DNA of 64,000 nucleotides. Source: Syntrophomonadaceae bacterium. GTDB taxonomy: Bacteria; Bacillota; Ch66; Ch109. The stretch lies in assembly GCA_012519455.1 (NCBI GenBank), contig JAAYQE010000119.1, forward strand, positions 159-64,158. Reading direction: 5' to 3'. A program made the position numbers and the translations under genes. Below, piece after piece: positions 42,054 through 51,248 of the stretch. The notes below the pieces were generated by a model, which saw only the letters and a list, made by a program, of their open reading frames with translations, ran no database searches and had not been told where the DNA came from. Numbering within the stretch: position 1 is the stretch's first letter; every line of letters starts with the position of its first letter.

Positions 42054-43565
42054 CTATAGGCCCAATAATCTGCGCGCGTCAGCCTGAATTGACCGCATGC
42101 TTTTTTCATTCCCAGCCTCAACATATAACCTAAACAACGGTTCCGTACCGGAAGCGCGGATTAATAACCAGTTATCCCCTTCTAATTGTAATTTAACGCC
42201 ATCGTGAGCAATCCTCTTTATCACCGGAAAACCGGCTACGGCTGCGGGATAAAAATCTTTTAAGGTTTCCAGAATTCTTTGCTTATCCTTCAGGGAGGTG
42301 TGAATGTCAATCCGTTCGCTGATTAGCTCTCCGTACTGGGCCGCTACGGTTTCCATCAGTTGCACCGGGTCCTGACCACTAACCGCTACCATTTCCGTTA
42401 CCAAAGCTGCGGCTAAAATTCCGTCCTTTTCCGGTACATGCCCGTGAATACTTAAACCTCCGCTTTCTTCGCCCCCCAGGAGGGCACCCCGTTCTAATAA
42501 GGACTGACCAATAAACTTGAATCCGACGGCTGTTTCCTCCACTTCCAGGCTATAACGACGCGCAATGCGATCAAGCATGTGGGTGGTCGCCACGGTCCGT
42601 GCGACTGGGCCTCGATACTTCCGGGTCTGCAAAAGATAGTGTAACAGCAGATACAGTACTTGATTAGCGGAGATATAACGGCCCTTGCGATCCACTACGC
42701 CAAACCGGTCGGCATCGCCATCCGTAGCCAGACCTAAATCAGCGTTGCTCCTGATTACGGCTTCTTGCAAATCGGCCAGCCATTTCCCCATGGGTTCCGG
42801 CACGATCCCGCCAAATAGAGGATCCCGGTGGGTGTGAATGGCTTCTACCTGGCAGCCCAAAACGCGTAAAAATTCATCTAGGTACCCAATACCACAACCG
42901 TACATCGGATCTACCACCACTTTCAGGGGCCGTCGTCGAATTCCGGCTACATCAACTACGCTTTGCAGCTGTTCCAAGTAAGCGGCTTTAGGTTCAACTT
43001 CTTTCAAATTTCCGGCTTGGCGTCCTTTTTCCAAAGGAAGGCTCCGCACCCGGTGGCTAATCTTCCCTTCTAAAGCAGGGCCGGCCTCGCCGGCTTCTCC
43101 GCTTCCCCCCTCTGGCTTTGACCTGGTAACCCCCTTAGATTCCGTTTCGGCTAAAATTTTATGTAAATAACTTTCAATCTCATCCGTAAGGGCCGGCAGA
43201 GCTGGACCCGCATATTCCGGAATAAATTTAATCCCATTATACTCCGGTGGATTATGACTAGCCGTTAACATCACCGCTCCGGCTGCCTGATAGTGCTGAA
43301 TCATAAATGCCGTTACTGGTGTAGGGGTTCCTCCGGGTAAAAGATAAACTGGAATTTGATTACCGAGTAATACTTCCGTTACCGTTGCGGCAAAACGATC
43401 CGCTAAAAACCGGTTATCATAGCCAACGACCACCCCTTTAGAACCTAGGTCATGCTGGTTCACATAATTGGCAATCGCTTGCGTTACCCGCTGCACATTG
43501 GCAAAAGTAAAGGTGTCGGCCACGATTGCCCGCCACCCATCCGTACCAAACTTAATTTGGCTCAC
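42054..43565 (-). CDS. Phosphoglucomutase/phosphomannomutase-family phosphohexomutase
   Basis: FGTDGWRA N-terminus and the phosphoserine loop TASHNPPEYNGIKF. GTG start with GGGGGAG upstream. Confidence 0.85.
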   Translation of the reverse strand: MSQIKFGTDGWRAIVADTFTFANVQRVTQAIANYVNQHDLGSKGVVVGYDNRFLADRFAATVTEVLLGNQIPVYLLPGGTPTPVTAFMIQHYQAAGAVMLTASHNPPEYNGIKFIPEYAGPALPALTDEIESYLHKILAETESKGVTRSKPEGGSGEAGEAGPALEGKISHRVRSLPLEKGRQAGNLKEVEPKAAYLEQLQSVVDVAGIRRRPLKVVVDPMYGCGIGYLDEFLRVLGCQVEAIHTHRDPLFGGIVPEPMGKWLADLQEAVIRSNADLGLATDGDADRFGVVDRKGRYISANQVLYLLLHYLLQTRKYRGPVARTVATTHMLDRIARRYSLEVEETAVGFKFIGQSLLERGALLGGEESGGLSIHGHVPEKDGILAAALVTEMVAVSGQDPVQLMETVAAQYGELISERIDIHTSLKDKQRILETLKDFYPAAVAGFPVIKRIAHDGVKLQLEGDNWLLIRASGTEPLFRLYVEAGNEKSMRSIQADARRLLGL

Positions 43566-43576
43566 ACCTGCTCCCC

Positions 43577-43597
43577 CTTTCAGACTACATCATACAT
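43577..43597. repeat. 21-bp direct repeat, copy 1 (ctttcagactacatcatacat), in the phosphohexomutase 5' UTR
   Basis: Identical to the copy at 43637-43657 except for one base. Copy 1 abuts the RBS of the phosphohexomutase gene. Confidence 0.6.
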
Positions 43598-43636
43598 CTA
43601 CATCTCAATACTTAAAACTAGCTCCGGTGACAACCT

Positions 43637-43657
43637 CTTTCAGACTACATTATACAT
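43637..43657. repeat. 21-bp direct repeat, copy 2 (ctttcagactacattatacat)
   Basis: See copy 1. The two copies are spaced 60 bp start to start. Confidence 0.6.
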
Positions 43658-43694
43658 TTCAAAACACATCTCAAACCTTTACAATTATGCCTAA

Positions 43695-43723
43695 ATTTTA
43701 CCATGCTCAATATTCGGTGTCAA
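43695..43723 (-). promoter_or_regulatory. Near-consensus sigma-A promoter (TTGACA-17-TAAAAT) driving the phosphohexomutase gene
   Basis: Minus-strand reading gives TTGACAccgaatattgagcatggTAAAAT. The -35 element is 43718-43723 and the -10 element is 43695-43700, with a 17-nt spacer. Confidence 0.55.
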
Positions 43724-43734
43724 AGTTTTAAACT

Positions 43735-44466
43735 TTATTTAAGTAAAGATTGACTATCGGTTATATCAATCGGATTTTCTAATTCATCCTGCCATAAATC
43801 AATATACAGGGTGCCGTTACTGTTCAAATTAGCGTAAAAAACCTCCGAAGGACTTTTTATTCCTCGCCGGGTTAGTTCCGCGATTAGCCATTGCTCATCT
43901 AAATTGTTTTGCGCCAGATTGGGATAAATTACCTGGCCTTTAACGATAATCTCGGAAGATAGCCCTTCGTAGGGGGTTGGAAGCTGAAGATCCGCCGGGG
44001 TTATGGGACGCTGCTGGGATTTAGGCAGTACACTTAAAGCACCGTTAGTCTCTACAATCGCAAACTCGATATCATTTAAATCAAAAAAACCTTTATCCCT
44101 TAACTGCGTAAATAAATTTTCTATATTATACCGCATTTTACGCATATTATTTTCCAGAATCTTCCCGTTATGGATAATAATCACGGGTTCACCTTCGATT
44201 AATTTACGCAGCGGCCGGCTTTTCAGGGTAATATAACTTATCACAAAAGCAATCGTAACAAAAAGGGTTAGTTCATAAAAAACGTGCCCCACCTCTTCCC
44301 GTTTAGCTAACGCTATGGCTCCGGCTAAATTACCAAAAGTAATCCCGGTTACGTAATCATAAAAGGTAAGTTGACTGATCTGCTCTTTACCCAATAACCG
44401 TGCATAAATTAATACGGAAAAAAAGGCTAGACTAGTTTTCCACGTAGCTTCCCAAAGCCAATCCAC
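43735..44466 (-). CDS. DUF421 (YetF-like) membrane protein
   Basis: N-terminal TM helices plus a C-terminal YetF-type domain. 243 aa. Confidence 0.75.
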   Translation of the reverse strand: MDWLWEATWKTSLAFFSVLIYARLLGKEQISQLTFYDYVTGITFGNLAGAIALAKREEVGHVFYELTLFVTIAFVISYITLKSRPLRKLIEGEPVIIIHNGKILENNMRKMRYNIENLFTQLRDKGFFDLNDIEFAIVETNGALSVLPKSQQRPITPADLQLPTPYEGLSSEIIVKGQVIYPNLAQNNLDEQWLIAELTRRGIKSPSEVFYANLNSNGTLYIDLWQDELENPIDITDSQSLLK

Positions 44467-44540
44467 GATACCCTTTCACCCCGTACCAATTCATATTCAT
44501 ACTCCACATTAACCAGTCCGCTGTTATTATGGCAATCCGT

Positions 44541-44576
44541 CCAAACAAAAATACCGGAAGCAAATTTACTTCCGGT
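44541..44576 (-). terminator. Rho-independent terminator (8-bp stem ACCGGAAG/CTTCCGGT plus U-tract), located about 255 bp downstream of the wecB stop
   Basis: Stem 44553-44560 and 44569-44576 with loop caaattta. The minus-strand tail is UAUUUUUGUUUGG. Confidence 0.5.
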
Positions 44577-44829
44577 CGGATTTTCCCTTTAAGAGGTCTT
44601 CTCTTTTTCCCCCGCTAAGATTCGGGTAGCAGCCTGATAAAAAAGAAAGAAAAGCCTCTCGCGTCCGGGACGTCGGCGGAAAACTATCCCCTCCTCCCTA
44701 TCCACGCCTTCCCCCTGATGAACCTGATCGTGCATACCATCCCCTCCGTTACTTCCTTTTGCCACCAGTATGCCCACTAGGGGGAACCGTTAACCTCGTT
44801 TGTTTTGACAGTTATTTTGACCTTCGTCG

Positions 44830-46014
44830 CTAACTGGCACCAAATTCATGCCAGGGTTCCGTGGTAAAACCGAAATACCTTCGAATAGCTAGCACAATAC
44901 GCTGAGCTGCCTGTCCGTCACCGTACGGATTAGCTGCTCTTGCCATCGCCTCATAAACCTGTGGATCCGCTAATAATTCCCGGGCCGTTTGATAGACGTC
45001 CTCTCGCCCGGTTCCTACTAACTTAACGGTACCGGCAGTTACCGCTTCCGGCCGTTCCGTAGTATCCCGTAAGACTAAAACTGGTTTTCCTAGCGCCGGG
45101 GCTTCCTCCTGCAGCCCACCGGAATCCGTAAGAACCAGGGTAGACCGATGCATCAAATGCGCAAAAGGCTCATAATCTAAGGGTTCCACTAGATGCACCC
45201 GTTCCACCCCCCCTAACACCCGTTCTACCCCTTCACGTACTCGTGGGTTTTTATGTACCGGAAATACGATTTCAATGTCAGAAAAAGTATCTAAAAGATC
45301 CCGCAGGGCCAAATACACCTCACGTAGCGGTTCGCCCCAATTCTCCCGGCGGTGAGTGGTAACCAGGAGCAGCCGTCTCCCGGTAGGCGACGAAACTATT
45401 TCCTTTAAAGGTCCGTTAAATACATAATCAGGCCGTACCGTAGCTAACAGGGCATCAATTACGGTATTCCCGGTAACCAAAATTTGTTCCGGTTTTACCC
45501 CCTCCCGCAGCAGGTTTTCCCGAGAGGTGGGAGTGGGAGCAAAATGCAGTTCACTAACGGCCCCGGTCAAACGCCGGTTCATCTCTTCCGGGTAAGGCGA
45601 ATACTTATTATAAGTACGCAGACCAGCTTCTACGTGTCCCACCGGAATCTGGTGATAAAAAGCTGCTAAACTGCCGGCAAAAGTAGTGGTCGTATCTCCA
45701 TGCACCAATACCAGGTCCGGATCCTCAGCAGCAAAAATCTGACCCAGCCCGGTCAAGGCCTGGGTCGTAATATCAAACAAGGTCTGCCGCTCTTTCATAA
45801 TATTCAGGTCATAATCCGGCGTGATCCGAAAAAGATCCAGCACCTGGTCTAACATCTGCCGATGCTGGGCGGTTACCGCTACCCGGGTTTCTATCTCTTG
45901 CGGATACTTTTGTAGTTCCTTAACTAGCGGGGCCATCTTTATGGCCTCCGGACGGGTCCCAAAAACCGTGATTATTTTGATGGTTTTTCGTTCTGTTCGA
46001 CTTCTAAGCATCAT
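44830..46014 (-). CDS. wecB: UDP-N-acetylglucosamine 2-epimerase (non-hydrolysing)
   Basis: ITVFGTRPEAIKMAPL N-terminus and the ...HVEAGLRT... signature. Confidence 0.9.
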   Translation of the reverse strand: MMLRSRTERKTIKIITVFGTRPEAIKMAPLVKELQKYPQEIETRVAVTAQHRQMLDQVLDLFRITPDYDLNIMKERQTLFDITTQALTGLGQIFAAEDPDLVLVHGDTTTTFAGSLAAFYHQIPVGHVEAGLRTYNKYSPYPEEMNRRLTGAVSELHFAPTPTSRENLLREGVKPEQILVTGNTVIDALLATVRPDYVFNGPLKEIVSSPTGRRLLLVTTHRRENWGEPLREVYLALRDLLDTFSDIEIVFPVHKNPRVREGVERVLGGVERVHLVEPLDYEPFAHLMHRSTLVLTDSGGLQEEAPALGKPVLVLRDTTERPEAVTAGTVKLVGTGREDVYQTARELLADPQVYEAMARAANPYGDGQAAQRIVLAIRRYFGFTTEPWHEFGAS

Positions 46015-46053
46015 GTTTTAACCGTTCCTTTGCTTATTTTACTGGAGCTAGCT

Positions 46054-46959
46054 TTAACCCAGTAGACCTTTTAAATAATCAGCAAACTCGTCTTTTAAGT
46101 CTTCCCGTTCCAGCGCTATTTCCACGGTGGCCTGTAAATAGCCTAATTTAGTACCAATATCATAGCGCCGACCTTCAAAGGAATAGGCATAAAGGGGCCC
46201 TACTTCCCTTAACTTACGCAGGGCATCGGTTAATTGAATCTCTCCCCCGGCCCCCGGGGTCTGTTTTTCCAAGTAATGAAAAACTTTCGGCTGAATAATA
46301 TAACGCCCTAAAATCGCAATATTCGAAGGCGCCTTCTCAACCGAAGGCTTCTCAACCAGGTCCTGAACAGGCCAAACCTGCTGTCGATGTTCTGGTTTAA
46401 TCTCCTCACTGGATTTTGGGGCTACAATCCCGTAACGACTGACTTCTGCCGTCGGCACCTCCTGCACCCCCAGGACTGTCCCCCCGTACTCATCATATAC
46501 CTCAATTAACTGACGTAAGCAGGGAGTCTCGGAAACTACAATATCGTCACCCAACAGTACCGCAAAAGGTTCATCACCCACGAATTTGCGCGCACAGTAA
46601 ACTGCATGGCCTAGTCCTTTAGGCTCTCGCTGCCGGATATAGTGAATATCCACCAGGTTAACGATCTCCCGAATCTCCCGTAAGCGCTCAAAATCCATCT
46701 TTCCTTCTAAAATACTCTCTAATTCATACGCCTTATCAAAATGATCCTCTATCGCCCGTTTTCCCCGGCCGGTGATAATAATGATATCCTCGATTCCTGA
46801 AGCAACGGCCTCTTCCACGATATACTGAATCGCTGGTTTATCTACAACCGGCAGCATTTCCTTGGGCTGGGCTTTAGTCGCCGGTAAAAATCGCGTCCCT
46901 AAACCGGCCGCCGGAATCACCGCTTTACGCACCCGCTTCTTTAGATTCGATTTAATCAT
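46054..46959 (-). CDS. galU: UTP-glucose-1-phosphate uridylyltransferase
   Basis: VRKAVIPAAGLGTRFLPATKAQPKEMLPVVDKP. Start at the ATG (46959) with an RBS; the ORF-track upstream extension is rejected. Confidence 0.9.
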   Translation of the reverse strand: MIKSNLKKRVRKAVIPAAGLGTRFLPATKAQPKEMLPVVDKPAIQYIVEEAVASGIEDIIIITGRGKRAIEDHFDKAYELESILEGKMDFERLREIREIVNLVDIHYIRQREPKGLGHAVYCARKFVGDEPFAVLLGDDIVVSETPCLRQLIEVYDEYGGTVLGVQEVPTAEVSRYGIVAPKSSEEIKPEHRQQVWPVQDLVEKPSVEKAPSNIAILGRYIIQPKVFHYLEKQTPGAGGEIQLTDALRKLREVGPLYAYSFEGRRYDIGTKLGYLQATVEIALEREDLKDEFADYLKGLLG

Positions 46960-47160
46960 CTTTCCACCCCTTCCGTATAAAACTGGTAAACACTTGGTCC
47001 TGCCATAGGGACAGTCCCCTTGGCTGGTTGCCGGTTGTTTCCGCTGCCTCATGAAAATGATACCATATAGTTGGTCAATATCTCAATAAATGCTAAAAGA
47101 CCCGGCTAACGCCAGGTCTGGTTGTAAGTCATTCTGCTGCTTTCCCTAAGCAGCAACTCT

Positions 47161-48219
47161 TTAATTAACCGTAAACTGCATTTGCACCGGTTGTTGCAAA
47201 CTTTTTCCCCCTGTGGATTTAATTTCTTTACTGAGGTTTAGAGTAAAAATTTGTCCAGGAGTATACCCCGTCCGTGGTGGTTTAACAACTACGGACTGTT
47301 GGTCCGGGCCGGGTTCTCTGGTTATACTAACCGGATAACCGCATTCATCGGTTACGATTACGTTTAATTTCGTTAGGGTGGTGGTATCGACCGGTAAATT
47401 AAACCGTATCGTCCATACTTTAAAAGGATCTTGGATTGTTTGAGCCTCCCAAATCTGAGGCGCTTCTGCTCCCGGCTCGGGCTGTGGCACCGGCGACTGG
47501 GTACTGTATTCCACATCTACACCCCGACTTTGCAAGGCCTCAATATGGACCAAGGCTAACGATCCGGGGCGAAGATCCAGATAATTATAAAACAGATCAA
47601 TGAAAGCTCCAGACCCCAGACCATTATTTTGACTGTTAAGCACTAGAGGAGTAATATCTCGGATTTGATTATTCCAAAGATATACCTCTTCTAGATTACT
47701 TAAACCCTGCAAAGCTGTGACCTCCGTGATCATATTTTCTCCGAGACTTAGGACTTGCAGGCCCGTAAGATTTACCAGGGCGGAAAGGTCACTGATTTGG
47801 TTTCCAGCAAGATAAAGCGTTTGTAGCCCATTAAGGTTGGCCAGAGGCGATAAATCTTCAATCTGATTATAACTAAGCTCTAACTCCTGTAAGCCGGTCA
47901 GAGAAGCCAACGCGGACAAATTACTAATCTGGTTCCCAGCTAGATAAAGACTTTCCAGGTTAACGGCGTATTCAAGACCGGTTAAATCACTAATCGTGCC
48001 TTGCTCTGCCGTTAAACTGGTTAACCCGGCTAAATCTCCTACCGACAAGGGGCTCGTACTTTTTCCCAGAGCCTCGAGTACCGCTGTTTCCAAACTAGGA
48101 TCATTAAAATTCACTATGTCTCCCGAACTTCCCGCAGCCAGGCTGGGTACTATCCCCAAATTTAAGGAGCAGATAAAAAACCATAAAACTAGAACTACGG
48201 TACGTACTCGGATAAGCAT
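47161..48219 (-). CDS. Secreted leucine-rich-repeat (internalin-like) protein with a C-terminal Big_5/SbsA-Ig-like module
   Basis: Signal peptide, then about 7 LRRs (LxxLxxLxLxxNQIxDLSxL), then ...FKVWTIRFNLPVDTTTL...YTPGQIFTLNLSKEIKSTGGKSL...QFTV. Confidence 0.75.
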   Translation of the reverse strand: MLIRVRTVVLVLWFFICSLNLGIVPSLAAGSSGDIVNFNDPSLETAVLEALGKSTSPLSVGDLAGLTSLTAEQGTISDLTGLEYAVNLESLYLAGNQISNLSALASLTGLQELELSYNQIEDLSPLANLNGLQTLYLAGNQISDLSALVNLTGLQVLSLGENMITEVTALQGLSNLEEVYLWNNQIRDITPLVLNSQNNGLGSGAFIDLFYNYLDLRPGSLALVHIEALQSRGVDVEYSTQSPVPQPEPGAEAPQIWEAQTIQDPFKVWTIRFNLPVDTTTLTKLNVIVTDECGYPVSITREPGPDQQSVVVKPPRTGYTPGQIFTLNLSKEIKSTGGKSLQQPVQMQFTVN

Positions 48220-48240
48220 CGGTTTCCTGGTTCAACCTCC

Positions 48241-49056
48241 TTACGGGTTATTCCCCTCGCTCGTTTCTTCGGCTGGTGTTGTTTCATCTTCAGCGGTGCC
48301 GGTGCTGCCATCTTCGGTAGTCCCTTCTTCAGTAGTACCGTCATTTATGGTTTCATCATCGGGATTGCTGGTTCCATCTTCAGTGGTTCCATCTTCAGTG
48401 GTTCCATCTTCAGTATTTTCGTCTTCAGTATTTTCGTCTTCAGTATTTTCGTCTTCTGGATCAATTATTTCGTCTTCCGTATCGGATTCAATCTGACTGA
48501 ATAAGCGATTCAGCAGTCCCGGAGAGATGACTAACCGCGCACGGGTGCTTTTTCCTTTGGTTAAGCTTACAGTATTACCATTAACTAGGGCTACTTTATT
48601 TTCCAGATCAATTTGAATCTGCTTCCCGTCTTTTTCTACTACCAACAGATTCGTCGTCTCGTCTAACGTAAAGTCAGCTCCGAAGCCATTGTTTATTGCG
48701 TTAACCGGTAGGAGTGCTCGCTGGTTCTTGATTACTTTAGAAGCTTTTTTCTCCTTATTTCGCTCCCGATTGTTTTCCTTGTTTTGTTTGTCTCCTTTAT
48801 TCTCTTCTTTGTTTTTCTCTACCTTACCCTTTTCCTTATCTTTATCCGGTTTACCCTGACCTTTATTCTTATCCTTGGTATCATCTTCAGCGATATTCTC
48901 TTCTTCAACCACCATTTGCTGAACATTAACGTTTTTTGCCTTTCCGGGCGCAGCGCCATTATTTCCCGGCCCACCTTTAGCTTCTACCAAACCGGCTGGG
49001 AATACAATAAGGGTAACGCTGATTAATAAGGATAGTAATTTTTTACATTTCGACAT
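48241..49056 (-). CDS. Secreted protein with a K/E-rich low-complexity region, a copper-amine-oxidase-N-terminal-like domain and C-terminal acidic T-E-D pentapeptide repeats
   Basis: Signal peptide. FTLDETTNLLVVEKDGKQIQIDLENKVALVNGNTVSL resembles the Cu_amine_oxidN1 fold. The C-terminus is (TEDEN)x3(TEDGT)x3. Confidence 0.55.
   Translation of the reverse strand: MSKCKKLLSLLISVTLIVFPAGLVEAKGGPGNNGAAPGKAKNVNVQQMVVEEENIAEDDTKDKNKGQGKPDKDKEKGKVEKNKEENKGDKQNKENNRERNKEKKASKVIKNQRALLPVNAINNGFGADFTLDETTNLLVVEKDGKQIQIDLENKVALVNGNTVSLTKGKSTRARLVISPGLLNRLFSQIESDTEDEIIDPEDENTEDENTEDENTEDGTTEDGTTEDGTSNPDDETINDGTTEEGTTEDGSTGTAEDETTPAEETSEGNNP
48370..48459. repeat. Six tandem 15-bp repeat units (three each of two variants) encoding the acidic pentapeptide repeats
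   Basis: ggttccatcttcagt x3 followed by attttcgtcttcagt x3. Confidence 0.8.
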
Positions 49057-49297
49057 CCACTAGCACCTCCATATAATTTGATCTATTTATCTAATCTTAA
49101 TTTACCAGTAAAATGCTCGTAATTCCATGCTCCGGAGGTCCTATTATCTTAGGTATATAGTTGGAAAAATGCCTATTTCTACAGCATAGAAAAATAATCG
49201 TTTTAACGTAAAACCAAAGAATATCGAGACCTTCTGAAAATCAAACCGTTTTCGGAGGGTCTTTCTTTTCCAAATTTTTTTATAGACAAAAGAAAAG

Positions 49298-49320
49298 TTA
49301 TATATTATCATTATAGTATA
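49298..49320. promoter_or_regulatory. Candidate Fur/PerR-type operator (AT-rich partial palindrome) in an AT-rich island
   Basis: gttatatattatcattatagtata contains an ATTATCA half-site of the Fur/PerR 7-1-7 box. The match is only partial. Confidence 0.25.
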
Positions 49321-49519
49321 CATTTATATATATTATGGAAAATTTTTATATTAACTGGCTAATTAAAATGATGCTTGTATGGGTTTGCTTAACATAAATT
49401 AAAAAAGGTTTAAATTATAAATATTGACATTTATTCTTCTTTAGTCTATTCTTAAAAACAGATCTAACCTTAAAGTTTATTTAATAACGTATTATTTTTA
49501 TTAAGAAAGGATCATGATT

Positions 49520-49960
49520 ATGAGACATTTGGCGGATCAAATTGAGGTAATGAAAAATAAGGGGTTTAAGGTAACCCACCAGCGCCTGGTCGTGTTAGAT
49601 TATCTACAGCATTCTAAAAAGCATCCCAGCGCAGAAATGATTTACAACGACTTAAAAGAAAAGTATCCTACGATGAGTCTTGCCACCATTTATAACACGT
49701 TGGAAATGCTCATGAAAATCAATTTAGTAGTTGATATTGGGGCGCCAGAGGAAAGACGCCGTTTCGATGGTATTTTAGTCGAGCATTCCCATTTTTTCTG
49801 CACCAAATGCGGCAAAATTGAAGATTTAACCGTTCCCGGTATAGAGCAGCTATTTGAAAAAGCGAAAGCCGCTCATCCTGGAACTATTAATCACTGCCGT
49901 CTGGACTTTTTCGGTTTTTGTGAAGAGTGCCAAGCACAAGAAGAACAAGCAGTTGAGTAA
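49520..49960 (+). CDS. Fur-family transcriptional regulator, PerR-like
   Basis: HQRLVVLDYL DNA-recognition helix and two CxxC pairs (HSHFFCTKCGKIEDL; HCRLDFFGFCEECQ). The whole protein is collinear with B. subtilis PerR as recalled. Start at the second ATG, 9 nt after AAAGG. Confidence 0.8.
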   Translation: MRHLADQIEVMKNKGFKVTHQRLVVLDYLQHSKKHPSAEMIYNDLKEKYPTMSLATIYNTLEMLMKINLVVDIGAPEERRRFDGILVEHSHFFCTKCGKIEDLTVPGIEQLFEKAKAAHPGTINHCRLDFFGFCEECQAQEEQAVE

Positions 49961-49998
49961 TAGGATTTATAAAACGTGGTTAGTTAAAAACTAACGGA

Positions 49999-50043
49999 TT
50001 AAACGCTTGATCAGGTTAAACACTTGATTCAGGATCGTTTAAT
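49999..50043. repeat. Tandem 17/18-bp direct repeats (TTAAACGCTTGATCAGG / TTAAACACTTGATTCAGG) bracketed by TTAAACG...CGTTTAA
   Basis: Seen directly between the PerR-like gene and the lipoprotein gene. Operator-like architecture. Confidence 0.4.
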
Positions 50044-50334
50044 TCGTTGGTAAAAAGGACCACCTGAAAGCCTTAAATTGGCTCTGGGCAGGTCTATTTT
50101 TTTTGCAAAAAATTAACGTTATATTTAGTTAGACAAAGCTTTCTTTTAATAAACTAAAATACCCCTGGATATTAAATAATTACGGTAAAAACAACCTATT
50201 TAAAAGGAAATTTAAAAATATTGCCGAATATAGATTTACCTAAATTTTTCAAAGGCCAATTACTTAATCAAAGGAAGGAGGGCTTAGAAAACTTTTCAAT
50301 ACGGGCCCAAGTTAGCTTAAGGAGGAAAAACATT

Positions 50335-51084
50335 ATGAGAAAAAAACGGTTTAGAAATAAAAAGTTGGTTTTGGTTTTGTCCCTTTTGATACTAACGAGC
50401 TTCCTTTTAACCGGCTGTGGCTCGAAATCAACCCCTGCCCCGGAACCCAGTACCCCGGCCACCCAAAGCGAAACCCCTGCGACCTCGAAGACGGAAAGCA
50501 TAGTAGACCTTTTAACTAAAGGGGAAAAAACTGAGGGAATTTATTACGATTTCACCGTTTCAGAAAATACAGAAACGTTACAAGGAAAAATGTGGATACA
50601 AGGCACTAAAGCTAAAACTGAAATGGTCGTAGAAGGGGAAACCATGATTAGCCTAATAGATGGTAATACTTTCTATACTTACCTGCCGGCGGAAAAAACC
50701 GCGCTTAAATTCACGGTCGACCAACAAACTGCCCAGCAAGCAAAAAACCAAAACCCCTACCTGGTCTTTTCTGAACTAAAAGATACTGTTGAAAACAAGC
50801 CAGATATTTACAAGGAATTAGATAGTGTCGTTTTTGACGGCGTAAAATGCCGGGTACTGGAGTATACAGACCCTCAAACTAAAGAACGCGCTAAAGTGTG
50901 GGTGCGCGAAGACTATGGTATTGTTTCTCGGGTAGAAGCCATCAATAACGATGGTAGCACCTGGGTCATGGAGGTAAAAAATATTAAAGTAGGCAGTCAA
51001 CCGGTAGAAGTATTCACCCTTCCCGCCGACGTGCCTATCACGGATATGGATGAAATGATGAAACAGTTGGGACAAAATAATTAA
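50335..51084 (+). CDS. Lipoprotein (LolA-like/DUF4367-like fold)
   Basis: AGGAGG 8 nt upstream. N-terminus MRKKRFRNKKLVLVLSLLILTSFLLTGCGS has a lipobox LTGC followed by a Pro/Thr-rich linker. Confidence 0.65.
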   Translation: MRKKRFRNKKLVLVLSLLILTSFLLTGCGSKSTPAPEPSTPATQSETPATSKTESIVDLLTKGEKTEGIYYDFTVSENTETLQGKMWIQGTKAKTEMVVEGETMISLIDGNTFYTYLPAEKTALKFTVDQQTAQQAKNQNPYLVFSELKDTVENKPDIYKELDSVVFDGVKCRVLEYTDPQTKERAKVWVREDYGIVSRVEAINNDGSTWVMEVKNIKVGSQPVEVFTLPADVPITDMDEMMKQLGQNN

Positions 51085-51196
51085 GATGCAAGAGGTATGT
51101 TTATTTAAAGGGGCAAAGTAGGATATAGTTTGGGAATAAAACGATATAATTAGGGAATAGAAAGATAAAGATATAGTTTGGGAATAGAAAATTTTT

Positions 51197-51248
51197 CAGG
51201 GGTAGGTCAGGAAAATAGTTTTTTCTGACCTACCCCTGATGTTTTAAG
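51197..51248. terminator. Bidirectional rho-independent terminator between convergent genes
   Basis: Perfect 14-bp stem CAGGGGTAGGTCAG / CTGACCTACCCCTG (51197-51210 and 51225-51238), followed by GATGTTTT on the plus strand. Confidence 0.7.

Noticed and set aside
44589-44777. 62-aa ORF in the wecB-DUF421 intergenic region
   Set aside because: Low-complexity G/E/R-rich translation with no RBS. The region is better explained as non-coding RNA or UTR.
44831-44850. TGGCAC-N5 sequence resembling the -24 element of a sigma-54 promoter
   Set aside because: The -12 region is TCATG rather than TTGC, and the site lies inside the wecB 3' end in antisense orientation.
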